Shown here piece after piece: positions 40,901-53,320 of a DNA stretch of 64,000 nucleotides. The DNA comes from Styela clava. Lineage: Eukaryota. The stretch lies in NCBI RefSeq assembly GCF_964204865.1, contig NC_135251.1, positions 23,560,001 to 23,624,000 on the forward strand. The letters are read 5' to 3'. The translations under genes and the position numbers were made by a program. Under the pieces are notes generated by a model. That model searched no databases. It was not told the origin of the DNA and was given only the letters and a program-made list of their open reading frames with translations. How positions within the stretch are numbered: position 1 is the stretch's first letter; every line of letters starts with the position of its first letter.

Positions 40901-43900
40901 ACACTATTTTACATAGCAATAATGCTTGATATTGTTTTACTGCAACATATAATTGAACGAAAAAATCAAAAAGAGTTTAATTTTAAAATTTTCTTGCATC
41001 CATGATGCACAATACACATAATGTTGCATGTGTCAGGAAAATCATATAAGGTGACTTGAGCTAATTACAGGATGTACATGACATATTCAGGAAAATATAG
41101 TTCCTTTTAAACAATTTTTCTAGTATTGATTATAGCCATTTAAACACCGAATAAGTCATGAATTCTGTAATGCAGTGTGGTGTGTAAAAAAACTTCATTG
41201 CTCCTTTGAACATTTTACGAGAGATTAGTAAGTTGATCTTCATCCATGCCACACAAACCGTACAAAACTTTTTTATCCAGATGTCTTTTGACTTTGTTTA
41301 TCATAGTTTACATATGTGTGTAAATTCCACTCTGTTTGACTGAAATTACTATCCTTGTTATCCCAGGGGATAACCAAAACGAATAATGTACTACTCAGAA
41401 TACTTTTTGAAACAATATTTCGAAGTAAGGAATATTGAATATACTCTACATTGGGTCATATTCAACTGAAAAAATTTGCAGAAATCATTATTAATTGATA
41501 TAAAATGCATAACGCACAGAAATTGGGAAATCATAAAAAATGATGGTTTGAATATGGGTGTTTACAGTCATATCATCTTATTTTTAGAAAAATTTAAAAT
41601 ATTTATATAGAATTCAACTTTGTAGTGTTTTCTTGTCAGAAAAGGCTTTGAAAAAAAATACGCAAATTGAACTTGCATTATATCGAATCTGTTTGAAAAC
41701 AGGTTTAGCTTCCGATCTGTCATGTTTCGCATCTGAGTGCATACTTAGATTATATTTTTTCTCTACTTGCCGAGTGAGTGCCCGGGACATTGCTTCAAGG
41801 AAACTCTCATAACCACAGACAAAAGAACTATCAATGCTGTTTGCTAAAAGCCACACTCACTTTGGTATTAAAGTGACTCATATCTGAGCAATCTTTAGAG
41901 GCCAGCGATTAAATTCCAAGCGCTACTGAAAATATATAGATTTACGCAGCACCACTAAACGTTGATTGATGTGAGAGAGAATAGAATTATTTCATATCAA
42001 TAACCTACGCATATACATACCAGTGTGCAGGTGAATTTTCTCTAACAGGTGCGAAGGAACCATTTTGATTCTTCCCTACAAAATCTGACGCACATTCATT
42101 GGCAGTAGTTAATATTGCATCCTTCCATACATTTGTTTGCCTCTCTGTCCAGCAGTTCACAGTTAACCTGGCAAAAATAGTGGCAATAATGAGCTGTCTA
42201 GATTAAACTTGAAAAGCTCCAAATCTCATGTCTATAAGCATTCGCTGGCATGTGATACATCACCCTAAACCTATATAATAGTGGGAAACACAGAGGAAAA
42301 ACTAAATTACTAGCCTATTCATTCCTATTGTCCCACAAAGCAATTTTCTGATTTTAATCCTGCAAATAGTCACGGAAATCGAAAGTGAAAAATAGTAATA
42401 AATAATGGTCTAAATCAGGGATCATCAAACTACAGCCTGCTGGCCGTATCCGGCCCGTGGCGTCCTTTCATCTGGCCCGCAACAACACAAAACAATGGCA
42501 ATTTTTTTTCCAAGCGATGTTTCCCCGAGCATCGACTTTCAGGTTTATTTCGTAAAATTAACAAATCAGCAAGATGCATAGATTGACGTAACATTAAGCC
42601 TTTCCTCATTCGCTCAGACACTTTTGTCTTCAGAAATGTAGAAGTTATATTGTTGAATAAATTGAAGAAATTTCCCAACTTTTGTGAATTTATTGCATTG
42701 CATTGACAAAAATATTTGTCAGGCCAGTTTCAACACAGTTTGAGTCATACCTGGCCCGCGGTCGAAAAAGTTTAGTGACCCCTGGTCTAAATAGTATGAT
42801 TCTCTCCAATTTATGTACCGGTCATAGCCTATTATTTCGATGCTTTGTTGTCAAACATTTCAAACTTCAAACATTCTGGATTGATGCTATTTGCAGTTTT
42901 TCATACTTGGGTTTTTTACTGTTACATAGATAAACGAGATTTTTTGATGTACAATCTCGTATACACAAAGAATATCAAAAACTGAAAAATATTCATCTTT
43001 TATGCTTATAAATGGCCAAAATCACAATTTACTTTATCAAGTACTTCGAAGTTGAATAACGTTTTGGAATAGAGAATATAGAATACATTTTCACTAAAAT
43101 TTTGCTCAAGAGAAAAAATTGCAGAAATTATATCAAATTTTTAGAGATTGAAATTGGTGATGCAAAATAGTTGGGAAAATGTTACTTTGATTGATGATTT
43201 TGTATTTTTTACAGCATCAGAAGTTAATATTTCATTTTTTTTGTCTGAATACCGAATGTCAATTCCCCAAAATGGTGATTTGTCAAATAAAAACATTTTA
43301 AATTATTCCTAAAATTTTACAATCGTTATAAATTCATGGGATGTTTACTTTCTGTGATTTAAATCATGACGCATTGAGGAGGAATTTTTACTTATTAATA
43401 ATACCATTCAAAATATCAGAATGAAGTCTTATGATCACTAACTTACTTTCTTGATGCATTAGAAATTGTCAATCTCTTGGAATGTTCTTTCGTATCTACC
43501 TTTAATTGGTTGTCGAATAAGAGAACACCTTTTATTGTTGATTGATCAGGAGACAAGTACATAATAAAAGTATCTTTCACAACAAACCACCTGAAAAATA
43601 GAATACCAGTTGATAAATTGTAATGTCTCAATTGGGACAGTCAAAACAAAATACCGAATTTATCTACCCGGTACATATAATACGCACATTCAAGTTTAAA
43701 TTTCACTTTTAAAATAAGGGGGTATGATTGATGATCCATGTGCTAAAATACACCCCCGTATTATCTATTGTGTGTGTTATGCAAGGAGAATACGGTACTC
43801 TATTATTTTGAATACATTCTGAAAAAAATATTTTTGAATACGAAATATTGAATCTTGAATGTATTCCAACTTAGGTGTTCCATGTTTAACAAAAAAACCT

Positions 43901-46900
43901 AATTTTTTTTTTTTTGAATTTTTGCAGCTTTCAGTAATTAAATAAATACAAATTTATAGCAGACTAGTATAAAAATTGGATTCTGGGTCACATTTTTTAA
44001 AAGAAAAAAACTGAACACAAATATTGAAATGCAGAAAAAAATAAAGTACAGACCTGTCACTCCATTTTTTAAGAAGTTCTCTGCATTTCACGTTGCAACA
44101 TTTATCACAGAAATATAAATTGATAGTGTGCCCTCCAGATTTTTTTCTCAGTGTTCCCTCTCTAAATATAAAAAAAGAAGAAAAATAATCTAAATTGGAA
44201 ATCTTACTAACAATAAATCAAATTAAAATATATCTAAACACAGATTTTAATCTCACCGCCGCACATATTTTTATCATGATTTTTAAATCTGCAAAACTTG
44301 TACTATAAATAGAGGGTAATCCGGTTTGCCATTATCATGTTTAACATGCATTATTAGAAACCCACACATCATAATGGATCAAATCTATGACAGAAGAATT
44401 TTGAACATCAGTACACAAAACCGTCATAAAATTATTATTTGCTAACGACATGCCATAGATGTCTTTCCCCACAAAAATATACTGTATCCATGGCCCATGT
44501 ACGACTTCACCATACTAAAACAATATTTTCTGCCTTATAAATTCCGCAAATAATCTTAAAAATTTCTTAAAAGATGAATGACATGAGTAAGGTTTTCCTT
44601 CCATTTTACACAGGAATAATATGACAGTTGCATTTATGAGTAATGCACAACATCACTTAATGGCATTATGTATAGCATTGTTGACGTTTTATGCATGGAT
44701 TCAATCCTTAAACTAAAAGTCAGACGTCATTGAAATTTTCTGCTTGAATAGGACGTCCGAAACTACCTCCTCTTACAAATAACCTTGTTTATCCTATCTA
44801 TGACATCAAGAGAAAAATAAATAATTGAAAGATGAATGGAGGAATTTAGTATAAATGATTGCAAAATAAAACGCTTTTTTGTGAAAATCATTCTGTTAGC
44901 TTCACATATCTACCTAAATAATTGCTAAATTCTGATTCAATGACAAAAATAAATATTAAAATCCATATAAAATAAATAAATTGTGCTGGAATTAACCCAG
45001 TTGGTATTACAAATAAAAAATCGTAAATTCAAATCCCACACCCACCACATTAGCCAGGGGGTTAAAAATTGGGTTGTCAATGCTGAATCGAAAGAACCCA
45101 GTCTTTCTAAAATATTGTAGCTTCTTACTTAGCAGTGGCTTCTTGCACAGAGCCTTGTTTGGAGTGAAAAGAGTATAAAACAACATAATATGAAGAATTC
45201 TCGTAATATAAAAGAAGAATAAATGGTAGTATTAAAAATTCATAACATTTTATTCCAGAGTAAAGATTATTAAAAAAAATATTCACAACATCTCTGTGAT
45301 TTATAGTAGACGATATCTGTTTGAGGTTTTTTATTCTTATAATAAGTTACCAAATAGATACATTACATGGAACTAGTTGTTGGTCTAAAGTTTTCTTCAA
45401 GTAAGAAGTACAACACTGTTATTTAAATTTCCGGTTGACAGCATTAGGTTTTATATATCACTTATACAGGTGATACTGAAGCTTCAAACCGGTTTGAAAA
45501 CAAAATCGAAACTTTTTGCAATGGCACAATGGTCCGGTGTCTAATTTCTAGATGTGTTTATATTTGACGAAACCAAAAGTTATTTCAATGTTATACGTGC
45601 GGTATAAGTGATCCTTTGATATAAATTGGTGGGGTGACTCGCATAGATTGTACAAATAGAGTTTAAGTAAACATCAACGCATACAAGTCTATAAACATGG
45701 CACACCAAAACAAATAAGAAATATGGTCGTTTATTAAATATTAACTAGGAGAAATATTCAATGCCTAGCTGTTTTGATATTAAAGAATTTTACAGAACAC
45801 TTACTTTCCTTTGGTCCCGAGATCTTGGATAAATGAGAATCGACTGACTTCCAAAAATTTTTTCTGGAATGTCAAAATCATAAAATTTAAGTGTGAAATA
45901 AGAGAATAATTCAAGAAAATACACTATGACAGAGTTGAGTTTTACTAGTACATTGGACTGTAAAGCTGAGAAAACTTTTCGCTTCAGGTTTCAGAAAATA
46001 AGATTGTTTCGAAATAATAAAGATTTTGCACACACAAACACACTTTTTGAGTTTCCATCAGTAAATTTTACTTAGATTATTACTGATTAAAGTCTGGAAT
46101 ACCAACTGTGTTAAGTCTGAAATGACTCCCTCTCAGAGACTTACATCCAATGTACATACCAACTTTGAGTCTGTGGCTCCACATTATATTTTTAATGCAC
46201 ATGACGTCAACCGGGCTTATTATTGTAGGAGACCGAATAAAATTCAAAATATTATAGGAATACAAAGAGAAAATGGTTAATTAAGCTACTCAAAAAGAAA
46301 AACATAGCTTACCATTGAACTGTGCTTCTTATACATTGTACTTTTTAATAAACTGTTGACATAAAGTTCAAGATGTTCCTGAAACACAATTAAAATCCAT
46401 TGTTAAAAAATATATTGATCATTTCTCTTGGTATGCATATTCTACACTGGCAAAAAATCTACAAGGTAAATTGACATAGAATCCCACATTTTGCTGATTG
46501 CACTCCCAAAACCTTCAAATTCCAATAAATAAACTTTTATTTTGGGAGTCATCAGTGACTAACAAGGTGGTCATAGAGTAACAACACCTCAAGATATAAT
46601 AAAAGTTCAAAGGGCATGTTGCATAGCCACTTTCCAACAGGAAGTAACCTAGGAAATATCATTTAGTTTCAAAGTTTGTGAAACATCAGCTCCAATTGCA
46701 TACAACATGGCTTGTCCTAATTCTTAGCTAGAAAGTTTATTGCATAGTATGTACTGCATCACATGCATCAATTGCATTTATAAAGATATGTGCTTGTCAT
46801 AGATGGTCTATGAAAAACAAAATATTTGAACTGATCTAGTTTTTTGAAAATCAAAATCAAATCTATTTATATGGAAAATAAACATTTTGTGCAATAGCAA

Positions 46901-49900
46901 TTCGTATAAATAGGCATACTTCAACAATTCAAACTTTAGTTATTATTCATGAAGTTGTATATTGACAAATAGTATTGTTAAATTTTTTTCACTTTTAGCA
47001 TTCACAGCAATATATTGCAAATGTAATGATTCAAAGCTATTTGGAAATCACAATTACAAAATACAGTATAGGTATGACATGACAAAACAGTTTCGGTATA
47101 TACAACATTATATAACGGAAATGGAATCAGACAATCAAGCACAGAACGGTGGAATCATTTCCGGATAAAGTCCACAGCTATTTTAGCTAAGATGTTTCCT
47201 GGTTCCTTCCGTAAATAGACATACTAGTTAATTTTCTAGGCCATAACTAGGAATGTACATGACTGAATGAAAAAAAATTTAATTTCTAATTTTTGGAAAC
47301 TAAAACCGTTACCAGGACATATCTATCACCATTGTCTAAGATGTTGAAGCTTTATTAAAATGGCATCTAAAATGTCAGTACATTTCAATGTCGTTTAGAA
47401 TTCAGTAGTTTTGAAATTTTCATGATTCGTTGTCCGTTCAAAAACTCTCAATATTTTTTGCCTGCAGCTCTTTTATAAAATTACCTAGTTATGATTTTAA
47501 GGCGTTTCTACCAGTTGTTTTGTTTGCCATATTAAATAATGAAAAGCCAACAATTGGCAGCAAAAGAAAAATACATTACAGTCAAAATACTTTAAATTAG
47601 TGTAGTCATCAAGAATAATACAGTGTGGGCTTTCGCTCATGTGTTTCGGAGAACAAATCTGTGTGGCCCCCATGGCAGGGCCCTGATGGCCCAGTTGAGA
47701 AGGACTGATTATAATGGAAAAATGAAATTTTTTATTTCAATTGCTTATTATAATTTTACATGTGAACTGAAGTTCGGAACTACGGTAAGTAGATAATGGA
47801 ACTATGAGATAACAAATAATTTTTAGTTTCAAGATCATTAAATTAAAAAATGGATGATATGAATGATAATAATAAGCCTAAAATTCAAGAAAACAACAGG
47901 GAAATGAAAAATCATTCACTTACTAATAATTAATGAGGTGGGATCAAGTTTGTCCCTTGGAAGCATTAGCACACTGTAACAATGACATTAATCCACGCGC
48001 ATTCAGCAAAAAATAGATAAATATAAAAAATAGTGGGCAGAGAAGAAATGTTTACATTTAAAGCAACACTGCCCTAAAATGGTAATACAGGCGGGCACAA
48101 AAATAGCAAATACCTTACACCCAAGCAGAGTCAAAATCAAAATGAATTACAATGATATTGGAATGAAATATGAATATTCTAAATGGTTCATGCTCTACAG
48201 AGAAATTGGAAAAAAACCTTGTAAATTCATGAAAATTTAATTTAGTCATCAAGATTATAAATATTGTGTCTGCTTTTTTTGTTCATGTCAAATACATTAT
48301 GACAAATTTTTAAAATAAAATATTCTCAAATATTCTTAAAATCAAGAATTTCACATTGATTCGATTATTCGGTGGAATGGGTATTCGTTCCTACCAAATC
48401 CATAATTAGACCATACAACAAAAATCTACATAAAGGTTAATTTTCTTGTTTCAATCTTCAAAATAACATTTTTCAGCAGTAGTTTCAAGAATTTTCTAGA
48501 ATTACCACAATGATTTATAAATTTTTTTGCAAATTGTATACATCATACACAATTTTGATATTTGATCCACTTAAGTCGGAATAATGAAATTACGTGTCAT
48601 TTGTTTTGATATTTGAAATTCCAATGCATAAAATGCCCTGAGGTAAAATAGCTACGACATTGCAGTTAGTTTACAATATCAAGCAATTTGCTGCATCCTC
48701 ATTAACAATGAACTGAAAAGGTCAATATTACATGGAAGAGGCTTTACATATGATAACAATATTATATTATGAATAAATTCATGGTGTGGCCGTTTGGAAG
48801 CTTTGAATGTATATTTGTGGTGTAAAATAGATTGAAAGATAATCAAGAATTGCTTTTTCTTTAAACGCACTAATTCACAAGGTCCTAGACAGGCAGCCAC
48901 TGAACTCTCAATTGTTAGCAATTGGAAATGGGAAAAGTGGGTAGAAGCCAATTTCTTTTATTTCTATCGGAGTCCTATGTGGCCCAATATTCAACCCCAA
49001 ATTTTTTTTTCATATAATTTACTGGCTCACTTTTAAATGAAATACAGTAGAATTCTTTCAACAATTTTGCAGTGGTCATAATATTAGTCATTTTACCTTA
49101 GTATATTTCAGCAAACCTCTTATTTAAAAACCTGACAAGTTGCATAAATGATACTTGCAATGTAAAACAAAGCCTGACTCAAACACGTCATATATGCATA
49201 ATCAAGCAATAAATGATATATAAATAATTTTGTTCTACCAAACTCACCTTGCGTTTTGTGATTTGTTCTGGTGATACCCACATATCAGGCCTCTTCGGAA
49301 ATCTTGGTAATTTAATTTCTGCCTCACCTTTCCGTTTGTCTACTTTTACTGTTTTTCGCTTTTCTTTATGACTGCAAAATTTGAGCAAAAATTGAAAATA
49401 GATTGATAATAAAGAGGTATGCTTTAGATACTAAGAAATAAACGAATCAACAATAACATGATAACTCATATACCAACTACCAGACTCATTTTTTCAAAGC
49501 AAAAAATATCAAACATGAAAAAAGCAGCCAACTATGTGAACCCAAAATTTTATTAATTTAAATAGGCCTAGGCCTACATGAAGTATATTGATTTCAAACT
49601 CTCCAGAGTCGAGTAGACATTTTAGGCCAATCAGGCTGTCTGGTGGTGATAATCTAAATCAAACTTTCTGACAGAAAGTATAAAAAGCATTTGAGCTTCA
49701 AGCATTCTCAGTAGACAATTAAGAAGGAAATGCATGCACCATAAGCTTTCAAAATTTTTTTTTCAAAGTTGGGAGATGCAGTCAAAATAACTTTCAACCT
49801 AGAGTCAAGCATTGGAGTCAAATATTCAGTAAACCAGGAGTTTGTGGTCAGAGTCACCTTTGAGGTGGCTCAGATAGTTTCAAAGCGTTAAATTTTCCCG

Positions 49901-51689
49901 AATTCTCAGCTCTGGTTATAATTCAATAACAACGAGAAACCCATGCTCTATGAAAATCCAGGCCCAAACAAACCTATTACCATAGCTTGTTACCTTTTTG
50001 AAGGCAGTGGAATCTTCAATGATGTTCTATGAGCCCATAGTTTGTCATGGAGTTCACGAAGATGTTTGAAACGTTTGTGAACAATCCATGTAAAAGGACC
50101 ATGACTCACTTCAATTGTATACCTAAACAGAAAATGAAGTCAATATCAAATCACTATTATCATCATCTTAGATATACAGAACAGAATATTACATTATAAT
50201 GATGCCTAAACCGGAGAGCAACATATTCTGGAAAAGACATACCGGTAATCCAAAAGATACTAATATTAAAAACAACCAATAGCATTTCTGAAATTCATTC
50301 TGGAAGAGACGAAAGTCAATAAATAAATTACTCATAAAGCAAACCACAAACTCTCATCCGGTTGCCAGTCTAGATTGTGTATGGGAATAGATATCCTGTT
50401 GATTGTTGCATATGCATGGGACAATAATAATCATACATAATGATCATTGGTCCAGTTATAAATACAAAATCTTAGCTGCAAGTGGGAAATGCTTTATTCT
50501 GTAATCTAACACTATGTGCATGGAATATCTTAATACTGAGGTGAGAAGAACTGGAATTTCCAATGAAGCATGTTCAATTTCCTCAATTTGTTTTGGTTGT
50601 AATCTGAGTAGTAGCATCTAGTGGAATAATAGACTGGCTATCAGACATTTTTAAGTTAAAATCTAAAAAGCCGGTAGACAAACATCCCAGCCACTATGCC
50701 CAATGAAGGTTAAAATAATAACATACTAGTACTGAAATTAGCCACTCTGATATTTGATGGTGTCAATTATGCCACTTAGATATATGAGTTTCTTCATAGC
50801 ATGTTTAGTATGCGAAGTGTATGCTGACACTATTCAACAAACAAATCTTACAAGTATGGATTCAATGGATGATGAAGAGCATTATCTCTTGATGCTTCAA
50901 TAAATTTGAGAGTAATTGGCGTTCCAGATAGGAATCCTGAATTCAATCCAGCAAAAAGTCGACTTGGACTGCTGTATATCGACATATAAGGAACTCTTGG
51001 CTTGATTGCTGAAAATGAAAAAGAAGTTTTTATTGGTGCAAGTGAAGAATTTAAAATATAATTTATTTCAAGTTAATTCAATTCCTCTTCAAATCTAACG
51101 ATTCCTAAAAATTCCCAAAAATTAGAAATTTCATAACTCATTATGAATCGATTCAAATATTCAGGTCATTTTGAACATCTTTATGATGGCAAATTTTTCA
51201 ATTTAGTACTTTTAATTATTTCTAATATTAAGCATTGAATATGACTAACTTCAAATCTATTCAACCATTTGATTCACTTTGTACATCCCTAAAAGACAGC
51301 TTTCAAAATAAAATTGTTCCCAAATATTCCTGAACTCAAAGGTTTGTCTGAATATAATCTATTTTTAATCAATTTGAAAATATCTTTGATTTGAACATCC
51401 TTTGTAAAAACATGCTTTTGACTTATTTTTTTTATTTATATAAATTCATTTATTACTCATAACAGATTCGCTTTGCTTATCTTTATCTGTATCCAGATCT
51501 CAGTAATAAATAGCCCAACTTACCAAAAGCACTTGTAGTAGAAGGATAAGTGGGACTATCAGGTTCTTCCATTCCTGGCGATGGCAATGGAAGAACTTCA
51601 TATCCCTCACCATCGTCTGACATCACTGTATCCAAGCGATCAAATGAAGGGCGGTTCCTTGCCCTCGCATTAACTCGATCTTGTGCCAT
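22908..51689 (-). CDS. PLD1: Phospholipase D1 (canonical PX-PH-PLD with long inter-HKD loop; PLD-C), about 1117 aa
   Basis: 27 exons, 3354 nt, in frame to TAG at 22908-22910: 51524-51689, 50852-51008, 49994-50122, 49248-49371, 46313-46378, 45805-45863, 44054-44161, 43447-43590, 42021-42167, 40400-40565, 39569-39710, 37612-37793, 36978-37082, 35261-35309, 34944-34966, 34300-34417, 30701-30772, 29912-30058, 29493-29731, 28580-28690, 27518-27672, 26972-27072, 26545-26676, 25322-25424, 24591-24783, 23917-24024, 22908-23015. Canonical motifs: [17 protein letters not shown] (PX), [100 protein letters not shown]-terminus PTALWT*. Loop exons are less certain. It may be co-orthologous to vertebrate PLD1 and PLD2. 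Confidence 0.95.
23245..23551 (+). mobile_element. tRNA-derived SINE (family 1)
   Basis: T-arm hairpin CACAG-GTTCAAAT-CCTGTG containing a B box at 23290-23300. The body (GCTGGT..GTTATGGCTTCCTC, CATACCC, CCCCGGGATAAATAT) recurs at about 26080-26360, 28030-28260 and 54200-54500. Confidence 0.65.
25618..26058. mobile_element. hAT (Charlie-like) MITE
   Basis: Starts CAGGGGTTGGCAACC..GGCCTGCGGGCC and ends GGCCCGCGAG..AGGTTGCCTG; perfect TSD gtctagat on both sides. Confidence 0.85.
28030..28260 (+). mobile_element. SINE family 1 copy
   Basis: GTTCACGTAACTGCTGGTTGGTTATGGCTTCCTCTACCATCAAGT aligns with the body of the 23.3-kb copy. Confidence 0.55.
28836..29062 (-). mobile_element. tRNA-derived SINE (family 2)
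   Basis: Minus strand A box TGGCCAAGTGG (29044-29054) and B-box-like GGATCAAATC (28988-28997). Related fragments lie at about 37930-38090, 45030-45165, 55228-55285 and 62600-62690. Confidence 0.65.
35515..36829. mobile_element. Probable recent 1.3-kb non-autonomous DNA element in a PLD-C loop intron
   Basis: CpG-rich block within a CpG-poor gene body; imperfect TA-flanked inverted ends ta-CCGTTCAACTGA / TCAGTAAACAG-ta; no recognisable transposase. Confidence 0.4.
38708..38905. mobile_element. MITE related to the 18168-18394 element (PLD-C intron)
   Basis: Shares CTCCCGTAGTAT.TGTACC, TTTTATTCC.ATT.TCCTTAT.TTAGTC.TATTACGAGTTC and CACATACTTC blocks with the 18.2-kb copy. Confidence 0.6.
42416..42784. 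mobile_element. hAT (Charlie-like) MITE
   Basis: CAGGGATCATCAAACT ... AGTTTAGTGACCCCTG, GGCCCG subterminal repeats, perfect TSD gtctaaat. Confidence 0.85.
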
Positions 51690-52999
51690 ATTGTCTTAAG
51701 GTGATCAAATACACTTACATATGCTGAGTAAACTAACCCAAACATTAATGATTAAAAACCACGCTGGTTTGCCAATATTGTCATTATTGAACTACAATAG
51801 GCTACGAGTCTTCATTGCCAATTTACCTGTGAATGATAAGGTACACTTAGAACCATAATTAACAAAGATATGTCGAATGTTTAGGTAAACGAAATTTAAA
51901 TGTTTTTAGTATTAATTTTATATGGTGCCTTTTTTATTCACGCCTTCCACCCAAAGCAAGAACCTGTGCAAGCCGCTACTGATATCAGGCAATGTGTAAA
52001 GAGATATTATTTTTATCAAAAAGTTAAGGTTCTTTGATGTTGAATCACGAATGGCCAAAGTCAAACAGTTTTCTCTAGTTTTTGAGAAATTGAATGCAGG
52101 TCATAATGCTCAATATGATACGATAAGTTTTCAAATAAAACTATCCTAATTAGTTAATTAATTTTTAAACGATTTCCAATATTTCAATCGTTGTGGCTTG
52201 TGGCCAACTTCATGTGGAATAATATATATAAAATAGGTCAGGGCTATGTTATAGTGATTTTGTAGCACAACGTATTATTCGAGTAATATAAAATAAAAAA
52301 GAACTCTATATATCTATAACGCATTCGGAGGCTCTTTGAATCCTCACCAATTACTATATAGGTCATAACATATTTCATATCTGCAATGTGTGTTGGGAAA
52401 ATTTCCTTTCAATCAAGCAGCTGCACAGACAATTTCCTTCATTTGCATAAAATAAACAAAGAATAATAACATGAATCATTGCAGATATGTATTATTACAA
52501 TCATGTTCTATTCCAACAATGCTTTTTCTATTTTTTCCTTCACAAGTAATTTTGGACTATTTCCGGAAAGGAAATGACCTCATAACTATTCCACAATTAG
52601 TTAATTTCCTCTATAGACATTAGAAGATAGAAATTGTAATTCCATATTTTATTTTGTTACGGTGGGTATTTACATTCCTGCTATCATATTATTTAAAGAC
52701 TAACAATATTGCAATAGGCATTGCATTGAATGTAAAAATTTATTATATCGAATTCAAAACATACCTTATTACACTATGTTCAAATTCAGAGCATATGAAA
52801 TCTCAGTAAAGGCTGATAATTAATTTTTGACAAGATGCAACTAGGGAACACATTCATTCGAATAACTTTTGATAATGCAAAACTTAAAAGATTTGAAATT
52901 AAGGTATTCTCAAAACAATTTAATGGCAAACTCCAGAAGCAGTTAGTTTGGTAATTGGTCTCAAAGCTACGAAAGATAAAAGCAGTGCTTCCCAACAGA

Positions 53000-53320
53000 G
53001 AAGGATTTCGCTGTTTCAGAAGGAAAAATTTCACTTTGCATTTGTATGTAGTATTACTAATATTCTTTTTTTACTTACTCTTTTACTCTATCATTGTAAT
53101 TAACTATTCAAACAGTATAAAATAGTACAAATCATTAGTATCACTAGCTAATGATTCAATAAAGACTGAACTAACACTAATAAAGAGAGGAATAGTAAGA
53201 GAGGAATAAAGAGGTATACACAGGAAGGAATTTGATGAAAAATGTTGGGAACCACTTAATTGAAGGATGTTGTATAAAAAATTTTGATTGATTATTTGAC
53301 CTGATTGATTTTTCATTGTA
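53000..53320 (-). mobile_element. Possible highly decayed LINE reverse-transcriptase fragment
   Basis: Minus-strand pieces resemble PLLFL.FI.D and LASDTN (compare the RT motifs PllFllyinD and fADDt). Weak. Confidence 0.3.
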
